NCBI GenBank assembly: GCA_900696485.1
Contig: CAADGG010000013.1
Coordinates: 51,771 to 115,770 of the forward strand
Length of the DNA: 64,000 nt
DNA from: an uncultured Pseudomonadota bacterium
Lineage (GTDB): Bacteria > Myxococcota_A > UBA9160 > PR03
Reading direction: 5' to 3'
The notes beneath the pieces are model-generated. The model did no database searches. It was not told the DNA's origin and saw only the letters and a program-made list of their open reading frames with translations. The position numbers were made by a program, and so were the translations under genes. Positions within the stretch are counted from its first letter, which is position 1; every line of letters starts with the position of its first letter. Below are positions 9,782 to 18,461 of the stretch, one piece after another.

Positions 9782-10541
9782 CGAGCGTCTCCACGGGGGG
9801 GGCGGGATCGAGGCCGGCCCGCAGCGCGTTCACGAGCGTCTTGCGTCGCGTGCCGAAGGCGGCGCGCACGACGCGTTCGACGTCGAGAAGATCCGCGACT
9901 TCGTCGGGCCCGTCGAGCGGTCCGCTCTCGAGGGGAGTGGCCCGCACCAACGTCGAGGTGACCTTCGGCACCGGGTAGAAGCCGTGCGGCGGCACGTCGC
10001 GGATCCGTTCGAGACGCACACACAGCGCGTGCAGGACGGCGAGCGAGCCGTAGTCGCGCTCGCCCGGCACGGCCATCAAGCGAAGCGCCACCTCCCGCTG
10101 CACCAGCACCAGCCAACCGGACAGGTGCGAGCGCAGATCCAGCAGCCGGCGCAGGATCGGCGTCGAGACGGAATACGGCAGGTTCCCGACCACCCGGACC
10201 GTCGGACCGAGCCGCGCAGCCAGCGCCTCGAGGTCGACCGTCAACGCATCCGCGTGGATCACCTCCACGTGCGCGGGCAGATCGCCTTCCTCGGCCAGCG
10301 CGCGCACGAGGCCCGCGTCGATCTCGATCGCCACGACACGCGCCGCTCGCGCGGCCAGCGCGCGCGTCAGGCTGCCGAGCCCCGGGCCGATCTCGATCAC
10401 GGCGTCCCCGGGCGAAAGACCGGCCGCGGCGGCGATCGCCTCGGCGATGCCGGCGTCGACGAGGAAGTTCTGGCCGCGGTCACGGTGTGCGGCGAGCCCG
10501 CGGCGGGTGAGCAGCGCGCGCACGTCGTCGCGCAGCGTCAC
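9666..10541 (-). CDS. rsmA: 16S rRNA (adenine1518/1519-N6)-dimethyltransferase RsmA/KsgA
   Basis: GTG 10541 overlaps the tsaD stop (GTGA). The sequence contains GQNFLVD and the SAM motif VIEIGPGLGSLT. Confidence 0.85.
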   Translation of the reverse strand: MTLRDDVRALLTRRGLAAHRDRGQNFLVDAGIAEAIAAAAGLSPGDAVIEIGPGLGSLTRALAARAARVVAIEIDAGLVRALAEEGDLPAHVEVIHADALTVDLEALAARLGPTVRVVGNLPYSVSTPILRRLLDLRSHLSGWLVLVQREVALRLMAVPGERDYGSLAVLHALCVRLERIRDVPPHGFYPVPKVTSTLVRATPLESGPLDGPDEVADLLDVERVVRAAFGTRRKTLVNALRAGLDPAPPVETLDAILVRLAIDPRARAEALAPATLLAIARAVVRSRTPDP

Positions 10542-11578
10542 GTCGAAACGGGCGCGCGCGCGAAGGCACCGAGGGAGGCGTCGTCCCGCTCGCCCCGCGC
10601 CAGCCTGCGTGCCCCCGCGGCCGCGATCATCACGGCGTTGTCGGTGCACAGCGCCAGCGGCGGGAAGACCGTGCGAAAACCGTCGCTGCGACCGGCGGCG
10701 ACGAGCCGCTCGCGCAAGCGCTGATTGGCCGCCACGCCGCCCACGACGGCGAGCCAGCCGAGACCTTCCTGCGCGAGCGCGCGGCGCGCCTTGGCGACCA
10801 GCGCATCGGTGGCTGCCGCCTGGAACGAGGCGGCCAGGTCGGCGCGCTCGCGCGCCGACAGCGTCCCATCCGGTGCGAGCCGTCGCTCGACCTCGAGCGC
10901 CACGGCGGTCTTCAGCCCGCTGTACGAGAAGTCGAGACCCGGCCCGGACAGCATCGGACGCGGCAGCGCCACGGCCGTCTCGTCGCCCGACTCCGCGAGG
11001 CGGGCCAGCGCCGGTCCGCCCGGATACGGCAACCCGAGCAGTTTGCCGACCTTGTCGAAGGCCTCACCCGCTGCGTCGTCCCGGGTCTCTCCGAGCAACA
11101 CCGGCGCTCCCTCCGCGTCGATCCGATACAGCGCGGTGTGGCCGCCCGAGACCACCAGACCGAGATACGGCGGCGCCAGCGCGGCGTCCGCGATCTCGGC
11201 CGATGCCAGGTGGCCGGCCACGTGGTGGACGCCGACCAGCGGGAGATCGAAGCGCGCGGCGAACGCCTTGGCGAAGCACAGGCCGACCAGCAGCGAGCCG
11301 ACGAGGCCCGGCCCCGCCGTCACTGCCACACCGCCGAGGGCCTCGGGTTCCAGGCCTGCCTCCCGGAGCGCCGCCGCGACGACCTGCGAGATCCAGCGCG
11401 TGTGATCACGCGAGGCCAGCTCGGGGACCACGCCCCCATACGGCGCGTGCACGTCGGCCTGTCCGTGGACGACGTTGGCGAGCACCTCGCGACCGCGCAG
11501 CACGGCGGCGGCCATCTCGTCGCAGGAGCTCTCGATACCGAGCACCGGCCGGGATCCGAGATCGGACGGATCCGACAC
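10538..11578 (-). CDS. tsaD: tRNA N6-adenosine threonylcarbamoyltransferase TsaD
   Basis: GTG 11578 lies 9 nt after the upstream stop. The sequence contains VLGIESSCDEMAAAV and HHVAGHL. Confidence 0.9.
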   Translation of the reverse strand: MSDPSDLGSRPVLGIESSCDEMAAAVLRGREVLANVVHGQADVHAPYGGVVPELASRDHTRWISQVVAAALREAGLEPEALGGVAVTAGPGLVGSLLVGLCFAKAFAARFDLPLVGVHHVAGHLASAEIADAALAPPYLGLVVSGGHTALYRIDAEGAPVLLGETRDDAAGEAFDKVGKLLGLPYPGGPALARLAESGDETAVALPRPMLSGPGLDFSYSGLKTAVALEVERRLAPDGTLSARERADLAASFQAAATDALVAKARRALAQEGLGWLAVVGGVAANQRLRERLVAAGRSDGFRTVFPPLALCTDNAVMIAAAGARRLARGERDDASLGAFARAPVST

Positions 11579-11586
11579 GAGCGGGA

Positions 11587-11949
11587 TCAGCCGAGGCGCC
11601 GCTCGAGGCGCTCCTGCTCGGACTTGCAGTCGATGCACAACTCGGCGACCGGGCGCGCCTCGAGGCGCTTGAGTCCGATCTCCTCGCCGCAGTTCTCGCA
11701 TGACCCGTACTCGTTGCTCTCGATCTTCGCGAGCGCCTGCTCGATCTTCCCGAACAGATGCCGCTCCCGCTCCCGCAACCGTCCGGTGAAGGAGAGGTTG
11801 ATCTCCGACGAAGCGGAATCCATCTCGTCCGAGAAATCGTCGGGGTCGAGGTGGACGTCGCCGCTCAGCGCGCGCTTCGCGTTGTCGGCGATCTGGTCAC
11901 GCTGCGCGATCAGGATCTTCTTGAACTTCTCGAGGTCGCGCTTCCTCAC
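11587..11949 (-). CDS. DksA/TraR-family C4 zinc-finger protein
   Basis: GTG 11949 is preceded by GGAGAGG at a 5-nt spacing. The zinc finger reads CENCGEEI...CIDC, and there is an upstream coiled-coil. Confidence 0.8.
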   Translation of the reverse strand: MRKRDLEKFKKILIAQRDQIADNAKRALSGDVHLDPDDFSDEMDSASSEINLSFTGRLRERERHLFGKIEQALAKIESNEYGSCENCGEEIGLKRLEARPVAELCIDCKSEQERLERRLG

Positions 11950-11990
11950 ACCGGCCTCTCCTGTCGCCGCATCGAGTGCGGCGTGTCGAA

Positions 11991-12034
11991 TCGATTCCTG
12001 TCGATTCCTGTCGACCACTGTCGATCGCTGTCGT
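11991..12034. repeat. 10-bp-phased tandem repeat, about 4.5 units of TCGAYYNCTG
   Basis: The units are tcgattcctg, tcgattcctg, tcgaccactg, tcgatcgctg, then tcgt.... They lie in the 180-nt gap between cpoB and the DksA-like gene. Confidence 0.8.
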
Positions 12035-12129
12035 TCGGATCGCCGGCGGTTCGATTGCCGCCGGTTGTCTTTGTTTCGCGTGGTCCGGATCCGCCGGACG
12101 ACCGCTCGGAATCCGCCGCGCCGTCGACT

Positions 12130-13002
12130 TCAGCCCGAGCCGAGCAGATCGAGTTGACGCTTGGCTTCGCCGGCCCGCGGCGAGTCCGGGTACTCCTCCA
12201 CCACGCGCTCGAACGCCTTGCTCGCCGCCTTCGCGTAGCCCGGGCCCAACTTCAGCAGCGCCTCTCCCTGCCGGTAGAGGGCGTCGCCCGATTTGTCCCC
12301 CTCCGGGTAGCGGGTGACGACATCGTCGAAACGCAGGATGGCAGACTTGTAGTCGCCCTGTTTGAAGTGGCACTCCGCCATCCAGTAGGCGGCGTCATCG
12401 GCGTAGGCCGAAGCCGGATGAGTTTGCAGGAAGCGCCGGAACTGGTCAATGCAGGCATCCAGATCCCCGGAGCGCCACGCGGCGTGCGCCGCCCGGTACT
12501 CGGAAACCTCCTGGGCGCTGGCGCCCGCTTCCGGCGCCGGCTCGCCGGCGGCCAGAGCCTCGGGCCCCTGGTCGGCGACCGGGTCGCCGGCTCCGCGGTC
12601 CTGGGGGGAGGCCGGGGCCTGCTCGTCGGGCGTCCCTCGTGACGTGAGCCCCGATTCCCCGGGGACCGAGCGGCCGCCAGCGGCCTCTTCACGGGCCTTG
12701 CGCGCCTCTTCCAGCGCGCGCTCGCTGTCGTTCTGCAGGTCGCCGAGCCGACCCTCGATCACGCCCAGACGGCGTTCGATCTCGGCGAGCTGCGCGCCGA
12801 GATCCGCCACCCGCGTGCCGGTGCCGCCGCGCGCGAACGTGCGCACTTCACGCTCGAGCTTGCGGTGTTCGGCGATCGTCACGCAGCCGCTCAGCAGCGT
12901 GCCGGCGGCGACGATCCCGATCGCCGCCGAGGCCGTCCGGCGCAGGCGGTCCGGGAGTCCAGGCTTCGCGAGGAGCGTGCGCATCATCGTCCTCCTGATC
13001 AT
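12130..13002 (-). CDS. cpoB: Tol-Pal system protein CpoB/YbgF, lipoprotein variant
   Basis: These are the last 290 codons of track ORF 12130..13698. ATG 13002 overlaps the tolB stop (ATGA). It has the lipobox LLSGC, a coiled-coil, and a C-terminal TPR region AYWMAECHFKQGDYKSAILRFDDVVTRYP. Confidence 0.8.
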   Translation of the reverse strand: MIRRTMMRTLLAKPGLPDRLRRTASAAIGIVAAGTLLSGCVTIAEHRKLEREVRTFARGGTGTRVADLGAQLAEIERRLGVIEGRLGDLQNDSERALEEARKAREEAAGGRSVPGESGLTSRGTPDEQAPASPQDRGAGDPVADQGPEALAAGEPAPEAGASAQEVSEYRAAHAAWRSGDLDACIDQFRRFLQTHPASAYADDAAYWMAECHFKQGDYKSAILRFDDVVTRYPEGDKSGDALYRQGEALLKLGPGYAKAASKAFERVVEEYPDSPRAGEAKRQLDLLGSG

Positions 13003-14327
13003 CGGGGATAGGGTCCCCAATGCGGGGCGGTGCTCTCGCCGCCGCCCTCGGTGAGTTGCTGCAGGTTCCCGCCATCGAGATCGATGGCGAAGATCTCGGA
13101 CCGGCCGGTCCGCCGCGACTGGAACGCGAGCTTGCGACTGTCCGGCGCCCACGTAGGGCTTTCGTCGCTGCGCGGGTGGGTCACGATCGGCGCGGCGCCC
13201 TGCCCTTCGGGATCGATCCGCCAGATGTCGAACTGCCCGCCGCCGACGCGCGTCTCGTAAGCGATCCAGCGCCCGTCCGGTGACCACGCCGGCGAGGTGG
13301 AGTAGCCGCCGCCGAAGGTGAGGCGGCGCAACTGGCTGCCGTCCGCGTGGATGACGTACAGGTTCGGGTTGCCGGTGCGATCCGAGACGAACGCGATCCG
13401 CCGGCCATCGGGCGACCACGACGGCGAGACGTCGATGGCCTGGTGACGGGTCAGCCGGCGCGGATTGCGCCCGTCGGCGTCGACGACGTAGATCTCCGGT
13501 GCACCGTCCCGACTCACCACCACCGCCATGCGCTGACCGCTGGGATCGTACACCCCGCGATAGACGGCGGCCTTCGGATCGAGCCCTTCCAGCAGCCGCC
13601 CCGCCTTCGCGGGCCCGGCCCGGACGAGGCGGAACAGACGCGGCGAGCGCTGGAAGAGATACGACATGTACAGGATCGAATTGCCGTCCGGCGACCACGA
13701 TGGAAAGCCGTTGATCGAGCGGTTGCGCGTGGCCTGCCGCGCTTGGCTGCCATCGGCATTCATGACCCAGATCTCGGGGGTACCGCTGCGCGTCGACACG
13801 TAGGCGATCTCGGTGCCCGCCACGCCGCGCGTGCCGGTGAAGGCCTCGACGACGTCGTCGGCGATCCGGCGCGCGATCTGGCGGCTATCGCCGCGGCCTC
13901 CCGTGTACTGCTTGTGCCGTAGAACCGCACAGCGCGCGACGTCCCAGACGCGGAAGTCGATCGCCAGCGTCGAGCTGCCCGAGACGACGCCCTCGACGAC
14001 GGCATCGGCGCCGATCGGACGCCAATCCGGACACGAGATCGACGCGCCGAGCGAGCCGGTCCGGCGCGGCGCCAGGAAGGCCGCGAGGTCGATGCTTCGG
14101 AACACGCCGGAGAAGTCCAGCGCATCCGACAACTGCTGGCGGAACTGCGGGACGTCGAAGCCGCCCGCTTCGTCTGCGAACTCCTGGATGGCCGCCTGGT
14201 ACGAGCGCGCGGTCGGATCGGTGACGACGACGGCCGGTCGATCCTGCGCCCGCGCCGGCGGCGGGACGGCTGCGAAGGCCCCGAGCAGCGCGAGCACCAG
14301 GACCAAGAGGCAGACACGAATGGGCAT
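12999..14327 (-). CDS. tolB: Tol-Pal system beta-propeller protein TolB
   Basis: ATG 14327 overlaps the tolA stop by 1 nt. It has the signal peptide MPIRVCLLVLVLALLGAFA and repeated PSWSPDG propeller motifs. Confidence 0.9.
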   Translation of the reverse strand: MPIRVCLLVLVLALLGAFAAVPPPARAQDRPAVVVTDPTARSYQAAIQEFADEAGGFDVPQFRQQLSDALDFSGVFRSIDLAAFLAPRRTGSLGASISCPDWRPIGADAVVEGVVSGSSTLAIDFRVWDVARCAVLRHKQYTGGRGDSRQIARRIADDVVEAFTGTRGVAGTEIAYVSTRSGTPEIWVMNADGSQARQATRNRSINGFPSWSPDGNSILYMSYLFQRSPRLFRLVRAGPAKAGRLLEGLDPKAAVYRGVYDPSGQRMAVVVSRDGAPEIYVVDADGRNPRRLTRHQAIDVSPSWSPDGRRIAFVSDRTGNPNLYVIHADGSQLRRLTFGGGYSTSPAWSPDGRWIAYETRVGGGQFDIWRIDPEGQGAAPIVTHPRSDESPTWAPDSRKLAFQSRRTGRSEIFAIDLDGGNLQQLTEGGGESTAPHWGPYPR

Positions 14328-15313
14328 CAACCAGAACTCCCAGGCGGTGTGAACTCGAACGGCCAGTCGCCCGCATCGGGCGGCGGCGGCAGCGGGTTCG
14401 CCTTCTCGATGGCGCGCACGACGCTCTCGTCGAACCATGGATTTCCGGAGCGCTGCTGGACCCGCGGCTCACCGAGCACGCGCCCGCCGGCGTCGAGCCG
14501 GACCCGAACCACCGTGCGCAGAGGCTCGCGCTCGAACCCCGGCGGCATGATCCAGGCCTGCTCCACGTGGTACTTGGCCGCGCGCAGCCACACGGCGACC
14601 TCGGCGTCGATGCGCTCGCCGGCGCCGGCGACGCCGGCGCCGGTCGCCCCGGTGGCGCCGGAGACGCCGGCAGCGGAGGCTGTCTGGACGCCTGCGCGAT
14701 CCACCCGGGTCGGCCGCACCTCTCCGCGTTCGGCGCGCAACCCGGCGAGGACGTCGTCGTAGCTCTCCTCCCGGCGCGGCGGGGGGGCGGGCGGCGTCGG
14801 GGCCCGGGGCGGCGCAGCGGGTGGCGTCGGGGCTCGGGGCGGCGCGGCTTTCGCTGCGGGTTTCACCGGCGGAGGCTTCGGCTCCGGATCCGGCCGCGCG
14901 CGCTCCTTGGGCTTCTTCGGGGCGGCCGGCTCCGGCGTTCTCGGCAGCACGGCCTCGCGCGGCGCCGGCTCGGGGGCGGGCGGCGCCGGCTTCGGCGGCG
15001 CCGGAACCGGTTGCGCAAGCTCGGCCGGGGCGGCGGACGGCGCGGCGGCTCGCACGACGCGGGGCGCCGCCGGCGGCGCCCCGGCGGCCGCCATCGCAAC
15101 CAGATCCACCGTGACCACGCCCGGCAGGCGGGGCGCCTCCGGCCCCGGACTCCACCAGAGCGCCCCGAGCAGCACGACGTGGCCGATCGCCGAACGCCCC
15201 AACCAGCGACGCAGGTCGCTCCGCCGGTGGTCTTCGGGGTCCAGCCAGTCGTTCGCGCCCGGGCGCGAGCGGCCGCGGGAGCGGCGATGCGAGCGATCCG
15301 AAGCCAGCGTCAA
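14327..15313 (-). CDS. tolA: TolA-like protein (TM anchor, Pro/Ala-rich spacer, TonB_C-like domain)
   Basis: Track ORF with a TTG start. It has the TM segment GHVVLLGALWW and a long Pro/Ala-rich spacer region (APAPPKPAPPAPEP...). The call also rests on its position between tolR and tolB. Confidence 0.7.
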   Translation of the reverse strand: MTLASDRSHRRSRGRSRPGANDWLDPEDHRRSDLRRWLGRSAIGHVVLLGALWWSPGPEAPRLPGVVTVDLVAMAAAGAPPAAPRVVRAAAPSAAPAELAQPVPAPPKPAPPAPEPAPREAVLPRTPEPAAPKKPKERARPDPEPKPPPVKPAAKAAPPRAPTPPAAPPRAPTPPAPPPRREESYDDVLAGLRAERGEVRPTRVDRAGVQTASAAGVSGATGATGAGVAGAGERIDAEVAVWLRAAKYHVEQAWIMPPGFEREPLRTVVRVRLDAGGRVLGEPRVQQRSGNPWFDESVVRAIEKANPLPPPPDAGDWPFEFTPPGSSG

Positions 15314-15325
15314 CCCCCCTCTGCC

Positions 15326-15370
15326 GATCGAGAGAACCTGGATCGAGCGAACCCCGATCGAGAAAACCGG
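15326..15370. repeat. 3 x 15-nt tandem repeat in the tolR-tolA spacer
   Basis: The three units are gatcgagagaacctg, gatcgagcgaacccc and gatcgagaaaaccgg. Confidence 0.75.
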
Positions 15371-15457
15371 CCCCGCGAGCGAATCCGATCCCGAACCGGA
15401 TTCCCGAAGAACTCTCGAATCGAGCTTCGATCTTACCGTCTAGACCCGCCTCCGGAT

Positions 15458-15868
15458 TCAGGATTCCGGATCGGTCACGATGCCGAGACGCGTCGCCCCC
15501 GCACTGCGGGCCGCGGCCATGGCTTGGACGACGAGCCCGTACGGAGCTTCGCGGTCGGCCTGCAAGTAGAGCTCTTTGTCGCCGCGCGCCGCAAACACGG
15601 CGCTGAGCTTGGCCGCCAACCCCTCGGCGCTGATCTCCTCGCGGGCCAGGAAGGTCCTGCCGTCGCGCTGGACGGTCAGCACCAGCGGCTCCTCGCTGAG
15701 CTGCAACGGCTCGGTCGTCGTCTCCGGGAGGTTCACGTCCATGCCCTGCTGCATCAGCGGCGCCGTCACCATGAAGATCACCAGCAGCACCAGCATCACG
15801 TCGACGAACGGGGTGACGTTGATCTCGGAGCTGAGACCGCCATGACCGTGGCGTCGGATCGCGGCCAT
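15458..15868 (-). CDS. tolR: TolR/ExbD biopolymer transport protein
   Basis: Track ORF containing EINVTPFVDVMLVLLVIFMVTAP. Confidence 0.85.
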   Translation of the reverse strand: MAAIRRHGHGGLSSEINVTPFVDVMLVLLVIFMVTAPLMQQGMDVNLPETTTEPLQLSEEPLVLTVQRDGRTFLAREEISAEGLAAKLSAVFAARGDKELYLQADREAPYGLVVQAMAAARSAGATRLGIVTDPES

Positions 15869-15871
15869 CGC

Positions 15872-16720
15872 TCACCCCCCTGCCGCGCGCGGGCCGTCGG
15901 CGACCTGCACGCGACGGGCGCGGAGGTCGGCCTGGAATTGCGCGGTGAACAGATCGATGGAGTTGCCGAGCTTGCGCAGCTGACCCACGTAGTGGTTGTA
16001 GAAGATCGATGCCGGGATCGCGGCCGCGAGGCCCATGGCGGTTGCGATCAGCGCCTCGGCGATCCCGGGCGCCACGACGGCCAGACTCGCACTGCCGGCC
16101 TCGCCGATCTGATGGAACGACGCGATGATCCCGACCACCGTGCCGAACAGGCCGACGAACGGCGCGGAGCTGCCGGTCGTCGCGAGGAACTCGAGCCCGC
16201 GCTCGAGGCGCTGCGCCTCGCCGGCCGCACTCCACTCGACGACGCGATCGAGAGTGCGTTGCTGCATCTCGCCGAGGCCGGACGCCAGCGACTTGCCCGC
16301 GTAGCGGGCGATTCGCGAGAGTTCGCCATAGCCGTCGAGGAAGATCTGGGCGAGCGGACTCGCCGACAGCTCACGCGCGGCATCGTGCGCCGACTCGAGT
16401 GAGCCTTCGTGGTACACCTCGAGGAATGCCTCGCTATCTTCGGCGGCGCGCCGGAGTTCGCGCCACTTGAAAGCGATGATGGCCCAGCTGATGACGGAGG
16501 CGAGCGCGAGCAGGAGGAGGACGAACTTGGCGAGCCAGCTCGCCTGGAGCATCAGGTCGAGAATGTCCAGGCTCGCAAGCTGCGCGCTTGGAACCTGTCC
16601 AGTCCAGATCTGTCCAGTCCAGATCTGACCGGTCCAGATCTGGCCGGTCAGATGACTGCTCCAGTGCTGACCTCCCCAGTGCGGGACCCCCCAGTCCGCC
16701 CCGGCGAGAATCACTGCCAT
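15872..16720 (-). CDS. tolQ: TolQ/ExbB/MotA-family proton channel with an N-terminal Trp-rich repeat extension
   Basis: Track ORF. ATG 16720 is preceded by GAGAGGA. LDILDLMLQASWLAKFVLLLLALASVISWAII aligns to the TolQ N-terminus. No alternative start exists between the repeat and that conserved segment. Confidence 0.85.
   Translation of the reverse strand: MAVILAGADWGVPHWGGQHWSSHLTGQIWTGQIWTGQIWTGQVPSAQLASLDILDLMLQASWLAKFVLLLLALASVISWAIIAFKWRELRRAAEDSEAFLEVYHEGSLESAHDAARELSASPLAQIFLDGYGELSRIARYAGKSLASGLGEMQQRTLDRVVEWSAAGEAQRLERGLEFLATTGSSAPFVGLFGTVVGIIASFHQIGEAGSASLAVVAPGIAEALIATAMGLAAAIPASIFYNHYVGQLRKLGNSIDLFTAQFQADLRARRVQVADGPRAAGG
16595..16654 (-). repeat. in-frame 15-nt tandem repeat (about 4 units) inside the tolQ 5' end
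   Basis: ctgtccagtccagat occurs twice, followed by ctgaccggtccagat and a degenerate fourth unit. The repeat encodes (GQIWT)3. Confidence 0.85.
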
Positions 16721-16795
16721 GTTCCTCTCGAATACAGGTGCGGCGGAGAGTAGGAGACGCCGTGCAGGCCTTCAAACCCGTGTCCAGGAGATCGC

Positions 16796-18334
16796 ATGAA
16801 GCTCGGTGTGGAATCGCATGATCTGGCCCGCACGTCCGTCGACCTGCTGGCGTTGCCGTTGTTCTCGCAGAAGGCTGGCGCCCGGCTTCCCGCGCGCCTC
16901 GCGGCCATCGATCGCGCGCTCGGCGGGCAGATCGAGGCGGTCGTGCGCAGCGGCGACTTCCGGGGCCGGACCAGCGACAGCCACCTGCTCTACGCCCGCG
17001 GCAAGACGGGACCGCGGCGCGTGCTGCTGCTCGGCCTCGGCGACGAGGCCAAAGTCGATGCCGAAGCGCTGCGGCTGGTGGCGGGCCGGGCGCTTTCTGC
17101 GGCGAGCGCCCGCGGCGCCCGCCAGGTCGCGATCACCGTGGCCACGTCCCGGCGCATGCCGGTGGAGCCGGCGGCGCGCGCGCTCGCCGAGGGCGCCGTA
17201 CTCGCCAGCTACCGTGCGGACGGCCGGCGCGCCCCCAAGGAAGACGCCAAGCCGCCGGTCGCCAAGACCCTGCTCCTCGTCGAACGCGCCGCCGACGTCT
17301 CCGGGGCGCGCAAGACGGCGGAAACCGGTCGTGTGGTCGCCGAGTGCCAGAACGTGGCGCGCCAGCTTTCGAACGAGCCGCCGAACCTGCTGCCGCCCGA
17401 CGCGCTCGCCCGGGCCGCCCGTCGCGTCGCCACCGAAGTCGGGCTCGCCTGCCGCGTGATGGACGTCGCCGAGCTGCGCCGGCGGAAGATGGGTGCGCTG
17501 CTCGGCGTCGGACAGGGCAGCGCGCACCCCCCGCGACTGTTCGTGCTCGAACACAAGCCCAAGCGCCGGACCCGGCTGCCCACCGTCTGCATCGTCGGCA
17601 AGGGCATCACGTTCGACAGCGGCGGGATCTCGATCAAGCCGGCCAGCGGCATGCACGAGATGAAGCACGACATGTCGGGCGCCGCAACGGTCGTCGGTCT
17701 GCTGCGCGCGGTGGCGCTGCTCGACCTGCCGCTGCACGTGATCGGTGTCGTCGCGGCGGCGGAGAACCTACCGAGCGGCAAGGCCTATCGACCCGGCGAC
17801 ATCCTGACGTCGATGTCCGGCCAGACGATCGAGATCCAGAACACCGACGCCGAAGGTCGGCTGGTGCTGTGCGACGCGCTCCACTACGCGCGCACGGCCT
17901 TCGAGCCGGCCGCGATGATCGATCTCGCGACGCTCACCGGCGCGTGCGTCGTCGCGCTCGGCAACTGGACCTGCGGTCTCTTCGGCAACCACGACGGACT
18001 GGTGGATGGGGTCCGTCGCGCCGGCGATGCCGCGGGCGAGCGCGCGTGGCCGATGCCGCTCGCCGACGAACACCGCGAGCAGATGAAGAGCGCCATCGCC
18101 GACCTCAAGAACGTCAGCGGCACCCGCGACGCCGGCGCTTCGACGGCCGCCGCGTTCCTGTCGAAGTTCGTCGGCGACGTCCCGTGGGTCCACCTCGATA
18201 TCGCCGGCACCGCGTACACCGGGAAGACGGGACCCTGCCAGCCCGTCGGGGCGACCGGTTTCGGCGTGCGGCTGCTGGTCCAACTGCTGCAGGACTGGCC
18301 GCGGCTCGGGATCGGAGCGCGCACCAAGGCATGA
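16796..18334 (+). CDS. pepA: leucyl aminopeptidase (M17)
   Basis: Track ORF. An AGGAG box precedes the ATG, and the sequence contains NTDAEGRLVLCDAL. Confidence 0.9.
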   Translation: MKLGVESHDLARTSVDLLALPLFSQKAGARLPARLAAIDRALGGQIEAVVRSGDFRGRTSDSHLLYARGKTGPRRVLLLGLGDEAKVDAEALRLVAGRALSAASARGARQVAITVATSRRMPVEPAARALAEGAVLASYRADGRRAPKEDAKPPVAKTLLLVERAADVSGARKTAETGRVVAECQNVARQLSNEPPNLLPPDALARAARRVATEVGLACRVMDVAELRRRKMGALLGVGQGSAHPPRLFVLEHKPKRRTRLPTVCIVGKGITFDSGGISIKPASGMHEMKHDMSGAATVVGLLRAVALLDLPLHVIGVVAAAENLPSGKAYRPGDILTSMSGQTIEIQNTDAEGRLVLCDALHYARTAFEPAAMIDLATLTGACVVALGNWTCGLFGNHDGLVDGVRRAGDAAGERAWPMPLADEHREQMKSAIADLKNVSGTRDAGASTAAAFLSKFVGDVPWVHLDIAGTAYTGKTGPCQPVGATGFGVRLLVQLLQDWPRLGIGARTKA

Positions 18335-18461
18335 ATCCCAGCGAGGATTCGCGACGTCCGCCGGACGCCTGCCGGATCGGCCCGATGCGCACGCGAATGC
18401 CCGGCGGCCGCCCGCGTCGAAAGCGGCGGGACGACGACCGGCAAGCAAGGAGGCTTCGACG

